64,000 nucleotides of DNA from Schmidtea polychroa (lineage: Eukaryota), in contig CM097887.1 of assembly GCA_044892525.1 (NCBI GenBank), positions 55,552,001 through 55,616,000 of the forward strand, written 5' to 3'. Made by a program: the position numbers and the translations under genes. Positions 46,801 to 60,720 of the stretch are shown piece by piece (the first letter of the stretch is position 1; each line of letters starts with the position of its first letter). The notes beneath the pieces are model-generated. The model saw only the letters and a list, made by a program, of their open reading frames with translations. It was not told where the DNA came from and ran no database searches.

Positions 46801-49800
46801 ATAATTATAAATATAAATAATAAATAAATAAAACAAAATATCATATAAAAACGAAAATAAAAATAATATAGGTACCTTAATATCACTTGAAGTACTAGAA
46901 GACGAATCTCGACGATTTCTACGAATTACTTCTGTGTTGTTCTTCCAATCTTTCAGGCCGTCAGAGATAATTTCTCGTAACTGCTCTTGTATTTTTGATC
47001 TTTACTGAACGGTAAAGAGACTAGAATAAATTAATTTACCTAGGTTGGTAATCAGGATTAGGGTGCCTATCTCCGCTAGGATGCTTAGATAATAATCTCT
47101 GTGAAAGATTATATTTAGATTGAGTATTTGTGGAAACGGAAATTTCTTTATTATTATCATCATCTTCATCATCGTCACTATCGCTTACATCAGCCCAGTC
47201 CAAAATTTTCGCATATGTCATTTTAGGTTTCATGGATAATATATAAATATTGCTCTCATCTAACTCATCTTCAGACCCTCCGGAAATAGTTCGACTACGT
47301 GACTAGAAATGTTTTATAATTTAACTTCCAACATACAGATTTATATTCTTAATAATATTAATAAATTATATTTGATTTTCGGGCGAATATCTTAAATCAA
47401 CAGAAAATTTATTTCGAGTTCATTGAAACATTTTGAACAAATGAAAATTATTTGAGCTTTTTTTTTATAAATATAAAGAAATATTTGTATAAGAAATCAA
47501 TACAATTTTAAATAGATTTTTTAAATCAATAAAATATTTCATTTTATATTTATAATAAAATATGATTTATAGTTTCTTTCTAGCCTTTTTAGATTTGGCT
47601 ATGAGATCTGTAAAAATTCATTTTTCTAGCCTCCGCTGGATTATAATTATATTTTATTGCTAGAAGGGCTGGCTAAATCACTCAGTTTGGATTTATTTTA
47701 TCATTTTTTAACTTTACTAAATTTGCATTCATTCTTATTTAGTTAGAACGGAGCGCTTATTTTCGATAATTTTAATTGTGCTTTTAACATTAATAATTAC
47801 TGGATTACATAAGGACGATTTATTCATGATTCGATTTCCAGATGTCACGTGGTCAATTTAAATGAAATTATTGTAAAATTCATATTTCCTTGTATATTAA
47901 TGATTACGCAATATACTGTGATAAAAAGCGTTATATAATATATAATAGGACATGAATGGAGATATTGAATGAAGACATTTTTACTCCTACTCGCTGTTTA
48001 TTAAAAGAATAAGTAATATATTTAATTAATACTTTCCTCTCCAAGCAGATGAGTATTGATTAATATTTATTTATATGCTTTATTCAATCAATACTAATTT
48101 ATATGAATGGGAAGTTATTGATTAAATAATGATTAATGAGATCAGAGCATGTCCCAGGCGACATAAAGTGCAATATTGATTATTTACTTAATATTTCGCA
48201 ATGAAATTTAAAATTTTAAGAATGATAAAATATGGAAAAAAAATTTTTTTAATTATCAACAATATTTAGAAAATAATCAAAAATTCTGTTTAATTCACAT
48301 ACTTTTGTAAATAGATTTTTTTATTACAAAACTGACCCGTATTAGGCTGGGCGAAATAATCGATAATCGGCCGTTAGATATATTTTAAAAAATCATTAAA
48401 AATAAAAAATTAATTTTTTGCTATTTTAGTAATAAATGATTTTTATTATTTTAATAATAAATTTGATTATTTTTGATTATTTATTTTTAATAAACAAATT
48501 AAATAATCAATAGAATTAATTTTTGCTATTTTAGTAATAAATGATTTTTATTTCAATTTATTTATTTAATTTTTAATAAATTGCTAATAAAAATAATTTA
48601 TTAAAAAATTAAGATAATAAAATTAAATTTTTTGAATGATTTTAATTAAAAAGAATATGAAAATTTGATTAAATTTAATTTTCATTTTTTAATATTTATT
48701 TAACTTAATTAGTTCTCAAAAATAAAAAAATAATTTTTGTTATTTCAATAATAACTTTGATTATTATTTAAAAATTAATTTGTATTATTTAGTAAACTTA
48801 ATTAATATTTAATAAATTTCTAATTAAAATAATCAATAAAATTAATTTTAGCTATTTTAGTAATAAATTAATTTATCATTATTTATTTTAAATAAAAATA
48901 ACAAAAATTGTCATTAAATAAAAATATGACATTACCCTATCCATGCTTTTTCGTGAAACTTGTTTTCGTCTTATATTTTGGTTACTTTTATGTTGTTGAT
49001 AGGGATTAGGTTCCGATGTGAATTCAAAGTCAAGATTATCTTGCTTATCGACATTGACATTATTTTGATTCTCATTTAAACATGATTCAGATTTTCTTGA
49101 TCGCCTAACTTTGGGTTTAACTTCTGTCCAATCACATACCTTAGAATCTATTAACCAATTATAAGAAAGCTTTCGGGTCATTCAAAATTAATATAACCTT
49201 CAATTTTGCTATTCTTTGTTGAACACATAAAAATATTATTTAAGTTGTTTAAAAAATAATTGTATGTATATTTTGGAAAGGGAAGTTCGTGTTGAATCGG
49301 TGAATAGGTGCTAGGATTAGAAAATGCTAGTAAATTGATTTTGAATTTAGTCATGTCGCTTCTTCTAATTTTCCAACCACCTTCATTCTCCTTCAACTGC
49401 AAAACAGTTTCTAATATTGATCTTGTACCGTTTGAACTAAATTCTGGGTATTTAATGTTCGAAACTATCTACAATACTACATTACTAAACAAAATAGATA
49501 AATGACTAACATTTGACACATCCTGCATTGTAGTTTTCGTTTTTAGAAGCCGTGGAAATTTTAACAAAATATCAAGATTTACCCATCCGTCGTCATCCAT
49601 AACACTCATTAAATATTTATCATTAAAAAGATTCATTTCAGAAAAGTAATAACTCAAAACATTTGCTCGAACATACATAATCTCATTTTCTAAAATGGAA
49701 ATTATTTCAGCTAAAATTACTGATTTAAAATACCATATATTTGATTATGCACAGGTTTTGTTTCAATTTTTAATTTATCCGGTTCCTGTACTTTGTCATT

Positions 49801-50079
49801 ATAATTATCGAGACTTTCTGGATATATAGGATTGATTTGTTCAGAATTAATGTAATTTAAATAATTATTTAGAAATTCGCAATACATTTCATTTACACGA
49901 ACATCAGTGAAGTCGTTAGAAATGTTATTTTTGGAAGGTACTTGTTTACATAATGTCTTTTGTCTTACAGTATTTACAACTGTATCTTCGCAATAATTAT
50001 ATAAATCCTCATTGTCAATATCAAATGGCTTGATGTAGGAATTTTTATTTATATACAAACGTTTTACTTCTTTTGTCAT
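42591..50079 (-). CDS. LARP1: La-related protein 1 (La motif + DM15 repeats), multi-exon
   Basis: La motif [14 protein letters not shown]...[15 protein letters not shown] (49469-49678); [12 protein letters not shown]; DM15 [14 protein letters not shown]...[16 protein letters not shown] and [13 protein letters not shown]. Confidence 0.9.
43480..44250. repeat. Intronic 12-bp satellite (TTAAAATTAATA)n plus (TA)n, spanning an assembly gap
   Basis: Seen directly in the sequence. Confidence 0.9.
43531..43755. other. Assembly gap (225 N)
   Basis: Run of N. Confidence 0.99.
45020..46870. repeat. Near-pure A/T intronic minisatellite blocks (45020-45340 and 46070-46870) in LARP1
   Basis: Repeated units such as TTAATTAATATATAAATAATATCAAAACAATATTAAAAAAATTAATTATAAATATAAATAATGAAT. 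Confidence 0.75.
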
Positions 50080-50774
50080 ATAATTATTGCTATTATTAGT
50101 TTGAACATGCTTTTCTTTATCATTCTAAATTTAAATAAAATACAATATAAATTTTTAATTTACTAAATTCGTGCCCCTAACTAATTCAATAGCACTTTCA
50201 GTTTTATTAAAATTAACTCCAGCATTTACTTTAACCCAAGTACTTCTTTTTTTAATCTAAAACATTTCGATTAGAAAGATTTAAAAACAAATAAGTGACA
50301 CTTACATTGTATTTTTTCTTTACGTCTTTTACATGATTCGCTTCCACAAGCGTAGGCCAATCTTTTTCAATATTCATAGACCAAGACAATTTAAAAACAA
50401 ATGTGGAATTCAGGCTAAAGTGTGATTGAAAAATTGTATATGCAAATAACTAGTTAAAACAATATTGTGTTTATTATTTTAATACGAGTCACCAATTTTT
50501 TAATTTTTCCAAAGATAGTTATGGAAAATATGTATTCGATCGTCTCTTCAAACCAATTATATAATAATTTATTCAAAGTTATTTTGTTTTGTAATGTGAA
50601 GTAATTTTAATATAATTTTAATATAATTTTTACCTAAATTTTGCAATCAAAATAAATAGCTAGGTTTATAAAAAATCTTTTTTTTAATTCTAAATTTTAA
50701 ATAATTATTTTGCTGGTTGAGTCTATGAGACATTCGGAATCAGACTAATATGAATAGAAGGTAAAGACAAAAGC

Positions 50775-52540
50775 AGTTGGGGTTGGTGTCACCCAGTGCG
50801 GTAAACTTTTGGTGTCACCCCTCTAGACTTGAATCACCATAGTCTTTCGAGTGTTCCTGTACTAGACCATATAATGGAAAACAGTAATGTTTGTAAAATA
50901 AGTCATATAAGGGCAGAAAAAGAAAATAAATTCAAATTGAACAATATATCTTTATTACTTCAGGTAAACCAAAGTTAAGTTATCGTTATTTAACATTAAT
51001 GTCATTAAACTTTATTTTATTTAAAAATTTCCCTTTCTGATCTTCAAGGTTGCAAACCTGTCAATCACACCATCAAAATCAGTATCTTTCATCATATCAC
51101 TTTCAATTGATAATAGAGTCTTGAATGTCCCATGGTTGAGCGTAAATAGTTCTTTATGAGTTTCAATTTTGAAAAGCTCCTCTCACATGAAGCAATAGAC
51201 ACACAGATCGTAAAAAAATAGTTGTAGGCTCAGTGAAAGTATTGGGAGAGATTCAAGAAAGTCCCATTCAGCTATGAATTTCAGAACATCAAATATTGCC
51301 CAGTCTTTAGCTATTTGTAAATCAATACCCGCTGCCTTCATATGTCTTTTCAACCTTGGTATTTCCTTTAAAAGCTTATCTTTGGATAACTTTGGATAAC
51401 ATAGAAAGTGGTCAATTTGGTAATTGACACCATCAACTCTTCTTCAGTTGCTGATAGAAGACTCTTGGCTTGAACAGCCTCAAATATATCTGCTACTTCC
51501 TTGATCGCTATTGATCTGGTCTGGAGTTCAGAATGGAAACGATCGATACACTCCAGCATCGCCCTATTGTTTTCTTCTTGCAGAGTGAGTCCAGTATCTC
51601 TGAGTTGTTCCCCTGCCATCCTCTTCTTGAACCTTAATCTTCTCTCTACTAGAATTCCATATTGGTCTGATTTTAAAAGTGCCTGTTCAATTGCATGCTC
51701 CACTAAGTGGCTGCGCTCCTTCTGTAGAAAAAGTCTTAATGCCTCTAACTCGGCCACTACCTTATCAAGAGTTAAGCCTTTGGTCTGCAAATACTTCTGT
51801 GTATAATTAACTTCCTCAAGTACAACAGCCCAAAAGTAAAGGTAGCAGAGAAACGTGAAATCACAGACAGCAGATAAAAGACTTTGTGCTGCAACTCTTG
51901 TTTCCACATTTTTTCGAGGATTACATAGAGCTTCAATCGCTGCCACACATTCTTCGAAATTATCTTTCACCGGTTTAACAGCAGCATGGTGTGCACTCCA
52001 GCGTATTGTTAATAGCCTTTTAACCGACATTGAAGTGTGTTAAAAAATTAAAACATCCCATCGATGGGTGGAAGCAGCAAAGAAGGAATACATTGTCTCA
52101 AGAGTTCCAAAAAAAGTTACACACGAGGCATTTTTAGCAAAAGAGTGTGGACCGCATAAGTTAAGCGAATGGTCCACACATCCATAAAAATAGATTTTTA
52201 TTCTTTCTTTTTAGAATGGTTTGAACACCTCCATGGAGTCCAGACATTGCGACAGCATTATAATAACCTTGAACTCTGCACATCATTACGTCAAATCCAT
52301 CACTTTCTAAATTTTCCAAAATGTCTGAACTGAGATCATCAACTTTTTTCCCCTTTAAAAGGAAAAATCTTAGAAACACTTCTCTCACTTCAACATTCCC
52401 ATTGTATAATTTCACATATCTGATCACCTCAGACGTGTGGCATGTCAGGTGTGCTGTCAAACATAATTCCAAAATACCTCGCAGCCTTTATATCATTGAC
52501 AATAATCTCCTTCACATTATTTCACATTATAACTTGGGTG
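50775..52540 (-). pseudogene. hAT transposase (ZMYM1-like), frameshifted, 5'-truncated
   Basis: VKRLLTIRWSAHH; hATC domain TICVSIASCERSFSKLKLIKNYLRSTM (stop at 51021). GGTGTCACCC occurs twice at ~50785 and ~50811. Confidence 0.85.
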
Positions 52541-53149
52541 TCGGTAATTAAAAGATTTTGTAAAATAAATTTTTATCAGTTAAATAACTTCATATGTATA
52601 ACCTAAGTTAGTAATTTTAATATTAATACTGTTCGTAGTATAACTTGGGGGCATTTAGAATAATTTTAAATTATATTTTATGAATTTGATATATATATAT
52701 ATATATAGATTAAATTATTACCAAGAATATTAATTTTGACTAACGTGTAGTTGAGGGAGGGTTACTAAAAAAATATATTTTTATAAATTGGATATCTGTA
52801 TAAGTCCAGTCCCCATCCTGCTAAATCGAAATCAAGTTGTAATAAGAACCAACGTGTCAATTCTTGAGACATTCGAATTTATTCGACCAATGTTGGACAT
52901 ATGCACATGAAATTAATTAAGTACAGAACTATCTTTAAAATGAAGAACCAATTATTGAACAGGTTAAATATATTTCAAACCACCGGAACTATGGTTAATC
53001 TCGTTAACCTAACGTTCAATGAATCAATCGGTATCAACGAAACGGTTATGCACTTTAGCAAGTTCATAAGGTATGAATAAAACAAATTAAAAGCACTGTT
53101 ACCCAAATATCACAGTATTATATATTTCCCGGAATTAATTTACGGAAGC

Positions 53150-53456
53150 CCCCCTTTTCCCCTATTTATTCCTATTGTAATTTTTATCTCTAATTCATTT
53201 TTTGATGTTATTTTGTGGAAATCTTTTTAATTTCCATTCCTAGTCCTATAATTCTGTTATGTATCTATGCTGTGTTTGATTTTGTTTCGTGTATTACTTC
53301 TTGCTTTTGTTTGATTTTTCTTTATACTTGGATTTATTACTTTGGTATTATGCAGATTCTATGAGTTATGTTTATTTGGTGTTTTAACGTGTTTCTAATT
53401 TAATTGGACTCACTGTTATGTTTACATGTTATATTCCGACGCATTTTTGACCAACA
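53150..53456 (-). repeat. Fragment H: 5' part of a TGTTGG-family element
   Basis: The minus strand starts TGTTGGTC and contains AAAACACCAAATAAAC and CAAAAGCAAGAAGT, as in A and B. Confidence 0.6.
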
Positions 53457-54025
53457 GTAATAAATAAATGAATAAGGGAAAACACAGCCCATATTGACAC
53501 AATTCCTATAATTAGAAAATCAAGCACACTTGAGATGGAATTTGACGATTCGAAATGTAGCAGAGTTTTTCTAAGCCTCAATTAGAAAAGGAAATTTTTT
53601 TTTGTAATTCGGTGTTGGGTCTTATTTTAATAATTGAAACAAGGAGCACGAAGAGTCAGAGTCAGTATCGGTTTTAACAATAATAACCCAAAATAATTAT
53701 GTTTCATAATTTTTGAAGAGTTATTTCTAATAAACCTAAAATAAAACAAAAATTAATTGCAAAAATTCGCCCGACATAAATATAATGAATATATGAAATG
53801 AGATCGTTTCGTACTTATCTGTCAAAATCTGATCATAAAATTTGTTCGAAAAACAATATCGGTTCCTATAATCGTAAATAAAGTCATAAAATATATAATT
53901 TATCGCGCGAGAAATAATGAGTAAATAACAAAACAAATGACCTTCAGACTTATTTACACAAAACTATGGTGATTGAATTAGCGTGTTATTTTTTGTGTGC
54001 AGAGCTTATTGGTTGGTAAACAATC

Positions 54026-55291
54026 GTGAAGAAATCATTGATTTATTATATTGTATTGATTATAGTATTTATGACTGATTTGAATGAATTTAGTGACAAA
54101 AAAATATTTGTCTTGACACCTGGTCTACCCGGCTGGGGATTAATGGATTATTCTTATTGGGATACTCTTACATTTGATGATCATTGGACAAAAGAAATGA
54201 ATGTCAAATTTATTTTAGTCGAACCAGGACCAATGAGCTCGCACCATGATCGCGCTTGTGAAATCTTTGCCCAATTGAGTGGTAGATTAACTGATTTTGG
54301 GAAAGAGCATTCAGAAAAATTTTCCCATCATCGTTTCGGAAGAGATTTTAGTCATAAGAAATTATTACAAGAACACTGGTCGGAAAGAAACCCAATCAAT
54401 TTCATATGCCACTCTATTGGGATAAATACAGTAAGATATTTGCAATATCTATTAGCAGAAGATTTCTGGAAATTAGGAACCAATGAAAAGTGGATAAAAT
54501 CGATTATCAGCATTAATGGAAATATTAATGGAACACAATTTTTACATTTTCTGGGCATCGATTCAGTGACAGGCATTGGTTCGAAAAAAAAGTTGTGTAA
54601 GGCCACCAAAAAAGTTTTCAATGGGGTGCTGTGGTCGATAAATAGATTAAAAAATTTGACAGAATTCCAAAAACAAAGTGCAGTTGAATGGAACTGGAAT
54701 CATTGGCATGTTTCGACTAAAATGGATAACTGGCAAAATCAAATGCTAATGGAATCTACCATATTTACGAATTCGGATAATTTATTTTATGACTCCACTG
54801 TTCATGGAGCGAATCGTTTGAATTCAATAGTACCAAGCAGTTATCCTTGTACATATTACTTATCATTTTTTGCTAAAGCTACTAAAAGTGACAATTCTTT
54901 TCATCTTTCTCATCAGCTCAATCCAATATTGATAGCACCGGCCTCCTATTTATTGCACACTCGGTTTTCAACAGGAATTTTAAATTCAAATGCATACAAA
55001 TGTGTTGAATGGTGGGAAAGTGATGGAGTTTATCCTGTAGCTTCTCAAAAGTTTCCCTTAAATTGTACTAGACAAGAGGAAATTGAATCACTTAACTTAT
55101 CAGTGACTTTTAACAAAGGCTGCTGGTATTATGGTAACATACAGAAGATTATAGGTTGTCATTGTGTTATTGATCATTTTAGCATGATTTGGTGTAGGAA
55201 ATTTTTAAAATCGGAATCTTTCCAATTGTCAGAGAACGACCAAAAAGACTTTTACTACAATATGATTGCGAATTTGATAACTTTCGATTAA
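54026..55291 (+). CDS. Intronless alpha/beta-hydrolase lipase (staphylococcal/Geobacillus-type family; eukaryotic homologs known mainly from plants, fungi and protists)
   Basis: PGLPGWG; GPMSSHHDRACEIFAQL.G...DFGKEHS...HHRFG; nucleophile elbow CHSIG; ESDGV (Asp); DHF (His). First ATG at 54071. Confidence 0.82.
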   Translation: MKKSLIYYIVLIIVFMTDLNEFSDKKIFVLTPGLPGWGLMDYSYWDTLTFDDHWTKEMNVKFILVEPGPMSSHHDRACEIFAQLSGRLTDFGKEHSEKFSHHRFGRDFSHKKLLQEHWSERNPINFICHSIGINTVRYLQYLLAEDFWKLGTNEKWIKSIISINGNINGTQFLHFLGIDSVTGIGSKKKLCKATKKVFNGVLWSINRLKNLTEFQKQSAVEWNWNHWHVSTKMDNWQNQMLMESTIFTNSDNLFYDSTVHGANRLNSIVPSSYPCTYYLSFFAKATKSDNSFHLSHQLNPILIAPASYLLHTRFSTGILNSNAYKCVEWWESDGVYPVASQKFPLNCTRQEEIESLNLSVTFNKGCWYYGNIQKIIGCHCVIDHFSMIWCRKFLKSESFQLSENDQKDFYYNMIANLITFD

Positions 55292-56867
55292 TTGCAATTT
55301 TATATTTTAATAAAAAATTTCTAAATCTATGTAAATCAATTTTTTCATAACCAATGCCCTTCAATTACCACAAGTGCATCCTTCTATGATTGGTCAAATA
55401 AGCTTTCACTTTGTGATCACTTTCACTAACCGTTTTCCGTGCCAAATTTAAAACTTAGTTTCAATTTAAGTGTTATTCAAAGATAACTTGATAAAATAAA
55501 ATTTCTCCAATTATTAATTCTAATATTTTTGATTTATGTGACAATATTTTGGGCAACTCAATTAAGATATGCATAGAGTCTGTCAAAGTAGAAATGTCTA
55601 ATTGTGAGTTCTGCAAACGCATTTAGGGTTAAGTTGCATGCGTTTCTAAAAATAAAACAAGATTTTATGGCATTTTAAAACATTTGTACATGGTTTGAAA
55701 TATTAATTTATATTCAGTTAATTTAAATAAATTTTCAAGTGTATTAGGAAAGACTAATTTATTCAACATGCACATAAGAATATTTGCTGTTCCAGATGTC
55801 TTTCTTTAAATAAATGCTCTTTTTTATCCATAATTATAGAGAAATTTCATTTCATTGCAATAATAATATCAGTAAAATTTTAAATAGCATGAAATAGATT
55901 TTTAAAATTTTTTATTGCACATTTTTCTGTATTTATTTTAATTATTTATTTTAAAAACTAAAGTTTATAATATAATTAAATTTATTTTAAATTAAATATT
56001 ATTAATATTATTTATTAATATATGAATATTTGACTATTTTATTGTGAATCTATTCTAAAAGATAAAATAAAATGACATCCAATTCATTTTTATGCTCAAT
56101 TGTTTTCAGAAGGTACCAAAATATTGCGGCGTAATATAGGGATTGAATACATTCCCAGGATCCCGGGATTGCGACCTCTACTTGCCACTGACCTATTATG
56201 TAATATAATTCTGGTCTTATAATTACGATTATCATCGTGCAACTCTGGCAACATCATTAAATTTATATGAGACTTATTTTTTGGGTTGGGCTTATATTTA
56301 AAAGAGTTTGAAAATTTTTACAAGGGATGTCTTATTTTCGGAAAAATCCAGTTTTGATATCCATAATTATATTTAAAAAACAATACTAAATGTCGAGTAT
56401 TTAATCAAACTAATTATTTAAAGAATTGCCATAACTCACTTTCTTAAAATCTTTGCCACTTCTTCAATCTTTCGGTTTTTCATTCATTTGTTAAAATTTT
56501 ATTAAATTTTAATGGGTTTCAATATATTTTATAAAACTCTATATATTAATCATTTATAGATTTTTGGAACGTGATCTTCACATTTTTTTCTAATAATCAA
56601 ATTAACTGTATAAATATTTTTTTTATCCTTTAATCAATTTTCCTTTTTACAAGTTATATAGTATTTGGATTCTCATCCATTAAAACATTAATATCGGTTT
56701 TCAAATTACTAGATAACTCCATAAATTTTATTTAATAAATTATGCACTCAAAACTTATCTTTTCTTTTGTGTACTATTTAAAAAAATTTCAATCTTTCTT
56801 TTAAAATATTTTTAAAATTTAACAAAATTTCTAATTAAAACTTTTAGAATCTTCCTCATTTATATAG

Positions 56868-56933
56868 TCGTAGGTTACAGGTAATCCACATTTTATCCTT
56901 TCATGCTGTTTCCAGCGTAACCTAGAATACAAC
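56868..56933 (-). repeat. Fragment G: isolated 3'-terminal stem-loop of the A/B family
   Basis: The minus strand reads GTTGTATTCTAGGTTACGCTGGAAACAGC...ACCTGTAACCTACGA and abuts ATAG (56864-67). Confidence 0.75.
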
Positions 56934-59214
56934 TGATTCATTCTACCATTCTAAACTTGGGAAAATTGAGAATATTCTGGTAAATTGTAATCGTAAAGTT
57001 TCATTGGCATTTCGTAAACTCTGACAGCTGTCGAGATATATGTATTTTATACAATCCAGCATCTCGGATTTCCCATGACATTTCCGCTCTCTTTCTTGAA
57101 AAAGCCATCGAGATAACAAGCCAATCCAAATTTTGTTTTGCTTCTATGCACTTGTAATTAATAATGGCCTTCTTTCATTTAATCGCCTGTTTTTATTGAT
57201 TTTCTTCTATACTCTTCTCATTTTTCAATAATTCATAGTTTCTCCACAATATTAATAATATTGTCTAGAAAAGATACTCTTTTTACAATACTCTTTAGGA
57301 ATTTAAAGAACATAAGAAAGGTATTTCCAAAATATAACTGCCTTTTTTGGTACACCTTTAATTGATTTAATCAACTAACTCTAAAACCATTCTTTACTCG
57401 TTGAAATATTTTAAAATAAATCTATCCTAAATTTTATATTCAAACAAATTGGTTTCTAAGTCTTTTATGGTTTCAAAACAAAATAATTAAATTATGCAAA
57501 CAACAAAATAATTAAGCATACTTTATAACCAAAGATTCTGTTTAGCTAATTTGATTTTAATTAAGTACAAAAATTAATTAAAAATTGACATTTGATTGTA
57601 AGTAGTGTTTCCAAATTACCGGAATTACAATTACCTGGGTATTCGAGTAGTAATTTTTCAAACTATCCGGGTAATTTTAAAAATTCATATAAATTTGTAA
57701 AAACTATATTAAAAAATCTGGAAATAATAAATTACAAAACAAATATGAAAATAAATTACTATAGTGTTGGGCTAGAACTGATTTCTAGACCCAAACTTCT
57801 AATTATGACCGAAATATGTAGGTACACAACATGCAAAAGGCAAAAAGTATAGCTAAATATTAAAAACTACACCAAATAAACAATAATGATTAAAAGAGAA
57901 ACAACAAAAAATATAAACACGGAAATTAAATAAAATTATACAAAAGCAAGAAGTTATGCAAAATCTAACTCAAAAATAACCAAATAAACATAGAATTACA
58001 AAAAACAAACTCGAATAACTTAAAAAACGGTAAAAATAGAAAAAAATTCCAGAAAAACCCAGAACATTCCATAAAAATGGCGATGACCATCACAAAAGTC
58101 ATCTAGAACAACAAAAGTTAGAGAAAATAAATAAATTAGTATTAAAAATAAAAAATCTTAAAAAGAAATTCATAAAGCATCAGTTAAAATAAAAATAAAA
58201 TTAACATGGAATGTTCTGGAACCGTTCCAAATCCATCATGGACGTCAAATTAATGAAAAATAATTAAAAAATAAAAATTTAAAAATAAAAACAAATATTA
58301 TGGCACAAAAATTGCCATTAAAAATATCAAAATCGCGAAATAGAAAATTCTGGAATAAAAAGAATTCGAGTTTGTTTTAATGCATCAATACATACACGTA
58401 AAATACCATTAAAATAGGTATATATACTGACACGTTTCGGTCACAATTAAATCACTTTATTTTTGTCGACGAATTTTTTCGAGAAACCAATAGTAGGTAT
58501 TTTTTTTTGATTGATGTAATTCTATGTTACATATGTTAATCATTTATGTAATTATTTTAATGTAAGCTATTTCTTATTTAAAATGTCCTCAAGATCTAAT
58601 TTTTGTCTATTTAAGTACGACTGATCAGCGGCGTCTTAGTGCGTCTCTATTCAGTCCTGCATTTGATTATAATAATTTATCTTATGAAACACGCATACAT
58701 GCATTATTATTATTTATAGAACTTTTGTTGTTCGGGTCAGCCGGAGGTCGAACTACTTCATGGTCCTGCCATGAAGTTGGGTCGAGGAAATCCTCCGCCT
58801 GACTCTCCTTATTTATTAAAGGTCAGCCGTAAATGGTTGACTTAGCATACAACATTAAGGTTTGTCGAAGTGGTCACAGTGGGGCCATGGAAGCAATATT
58901 CTTCCCGACTCAATGCACACATAGTCAAACTCAACATTTAAAATCAGCCCAACAAAAATACCCTAAGGTTGATAAATTGAGTAGATCTCATACCTAACTT
59001 AATGACAATTTTGCAAGTTACATTCAATTTAGACGGTTAAAGTATCAATCTCAAAGCATAATATCAATTTCCAAGTATAATCTTAATCATACTATATAAC
59101 TTAAGTGGGGTATAATCGAAAAGTTGACCGCTCATACAGTTTGAAAAGGCAAAGGATGGAAATGCCCTACTCCCAAGACAGTTTTTACCCGTATGTTATT
59201 CTTAAAGATGTGAT

Positions 59215-60720
59215 GCGTAAAATGCACTGCCTCCAACCTATCAACTATAATCATTTACTAAGTGGAAAATTGTAATTTATACCACCCTATCAACTATAAT
59301 CATTTAATAAGTGGAGAATTATAATTTATATAACCAAAATTACAATATGTGATCACTTTCAAATTCCGAAATGTAATTCATCAACATATAGCTATAGAGT
59401 ATTTCTAAGTCCTCGAGTTGAAAATATAATTTATCAATCCATGATGGTAAACGATAATTATTTATCAGACGTAAAAGTATAATTTATAAATATTTAGTTT
59501 ATCGTTTTAAGTCCGAAAATATAATTTACGAACCTCTAATTATAACGTATAAATGGCTTTCCGATGTTAAAAACATAATTTATAATCTCGTAATTATATC
59601 ATATGATCAATTTTAAATTCAGAAATAATTTATAACCATGTAAATATAAAGTCTAGCCGAGCGTTGATATAACTTATAAAATCCATAATTATAAATTCTA
59701 GTTATTTACCTAACGTAGAAATATAAATTCTAAAACCCAATGATTACCAAATAAATCCTTTTGAAGTTCGAAAATATAGTCATAGACATCTAATTAAGAA
59801 ACGTAATTGGTTTTCAAAGTTAAAAATATCATTTATAAATTTATAACTATAAGCATAACCATGTATTACGGGTAAAATATAATTCATTTATAAGGTATCA
59901 GTAAACTATGAGTTAAAATAAATTGTATAAGTCTACAACTATAATTATTTTCAAGTATAAAAGATATAATTTATTCAAAAAACATAATCAAAGTTCACTG
60001 CTGGAATTATAATTTACATATGACCATAACCATAACCAGATATCAAGAAAAAATGCAACTTATATTATCCGCTATAAAGTACCAATACATTTCGAGTTGA
60101 AAGCATAATTTAGAAGTGTAAAAAAGATAACTTATTATCAAGTATAATCTAAAGTTACCGTTAGGATTATAACTTATACATAAATATAATCCATAATTCA
60201 TAACCATATATTAAGTATACAATGTAACTTATAATTATTCACTATAAAATACAAATAACTTTCGAGCTGAAAACCTAATTTAGAAGTGTAAAAAATATAA
60301 CTTATTCATAAAGGATAGTCTAAGTTTACCGTTAGAATCATAACCTATACATGAATATAAGCTATAACTACATCGCGAGTAGAAATTGTAATTTATAATT
60401 GCTCACTATAAAATAAATTCCAAGCTAAAACCGTTTATAAGTGCAAGGAATATATTCTAGTCATATAGCACAATTAAGTTGACAGGTTAAGATTATAATT
60501 CATAAAATTATAACTATAAAATATAACGATGTATTAAGTATAAATACAATTGGTAATTTTCCCACTATAACGTACGAGCAAAAATTCGAGTTAAACATAG
60601 CTTAGATATGACTATAAATTGCAATTATTTTCAAGTTCGGAGACATAATTAATTAATTTTAAGTTGGAATATAATTTATAGCAGTATACCCACCATACTA
60701 TAGTAGAACTACTCAATGTG
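59215..60720. repeat. Degenerate ~43-54-bp AT-rich tandem array in element B
   Basis: Recurrent (G)AAAATATAATTTAT. A 49-bp duplication at ~59233-59330 and a ~171-bp duplication at ~60088/60259. Confidence 0.7.

Noticed and set aside
57592-57852. 86-aa ORF (also 38699-38887)
   Set aside because: It spans hAT subterminal repeats and the element terminus; a chance ORF in non-coding repeat DNA.
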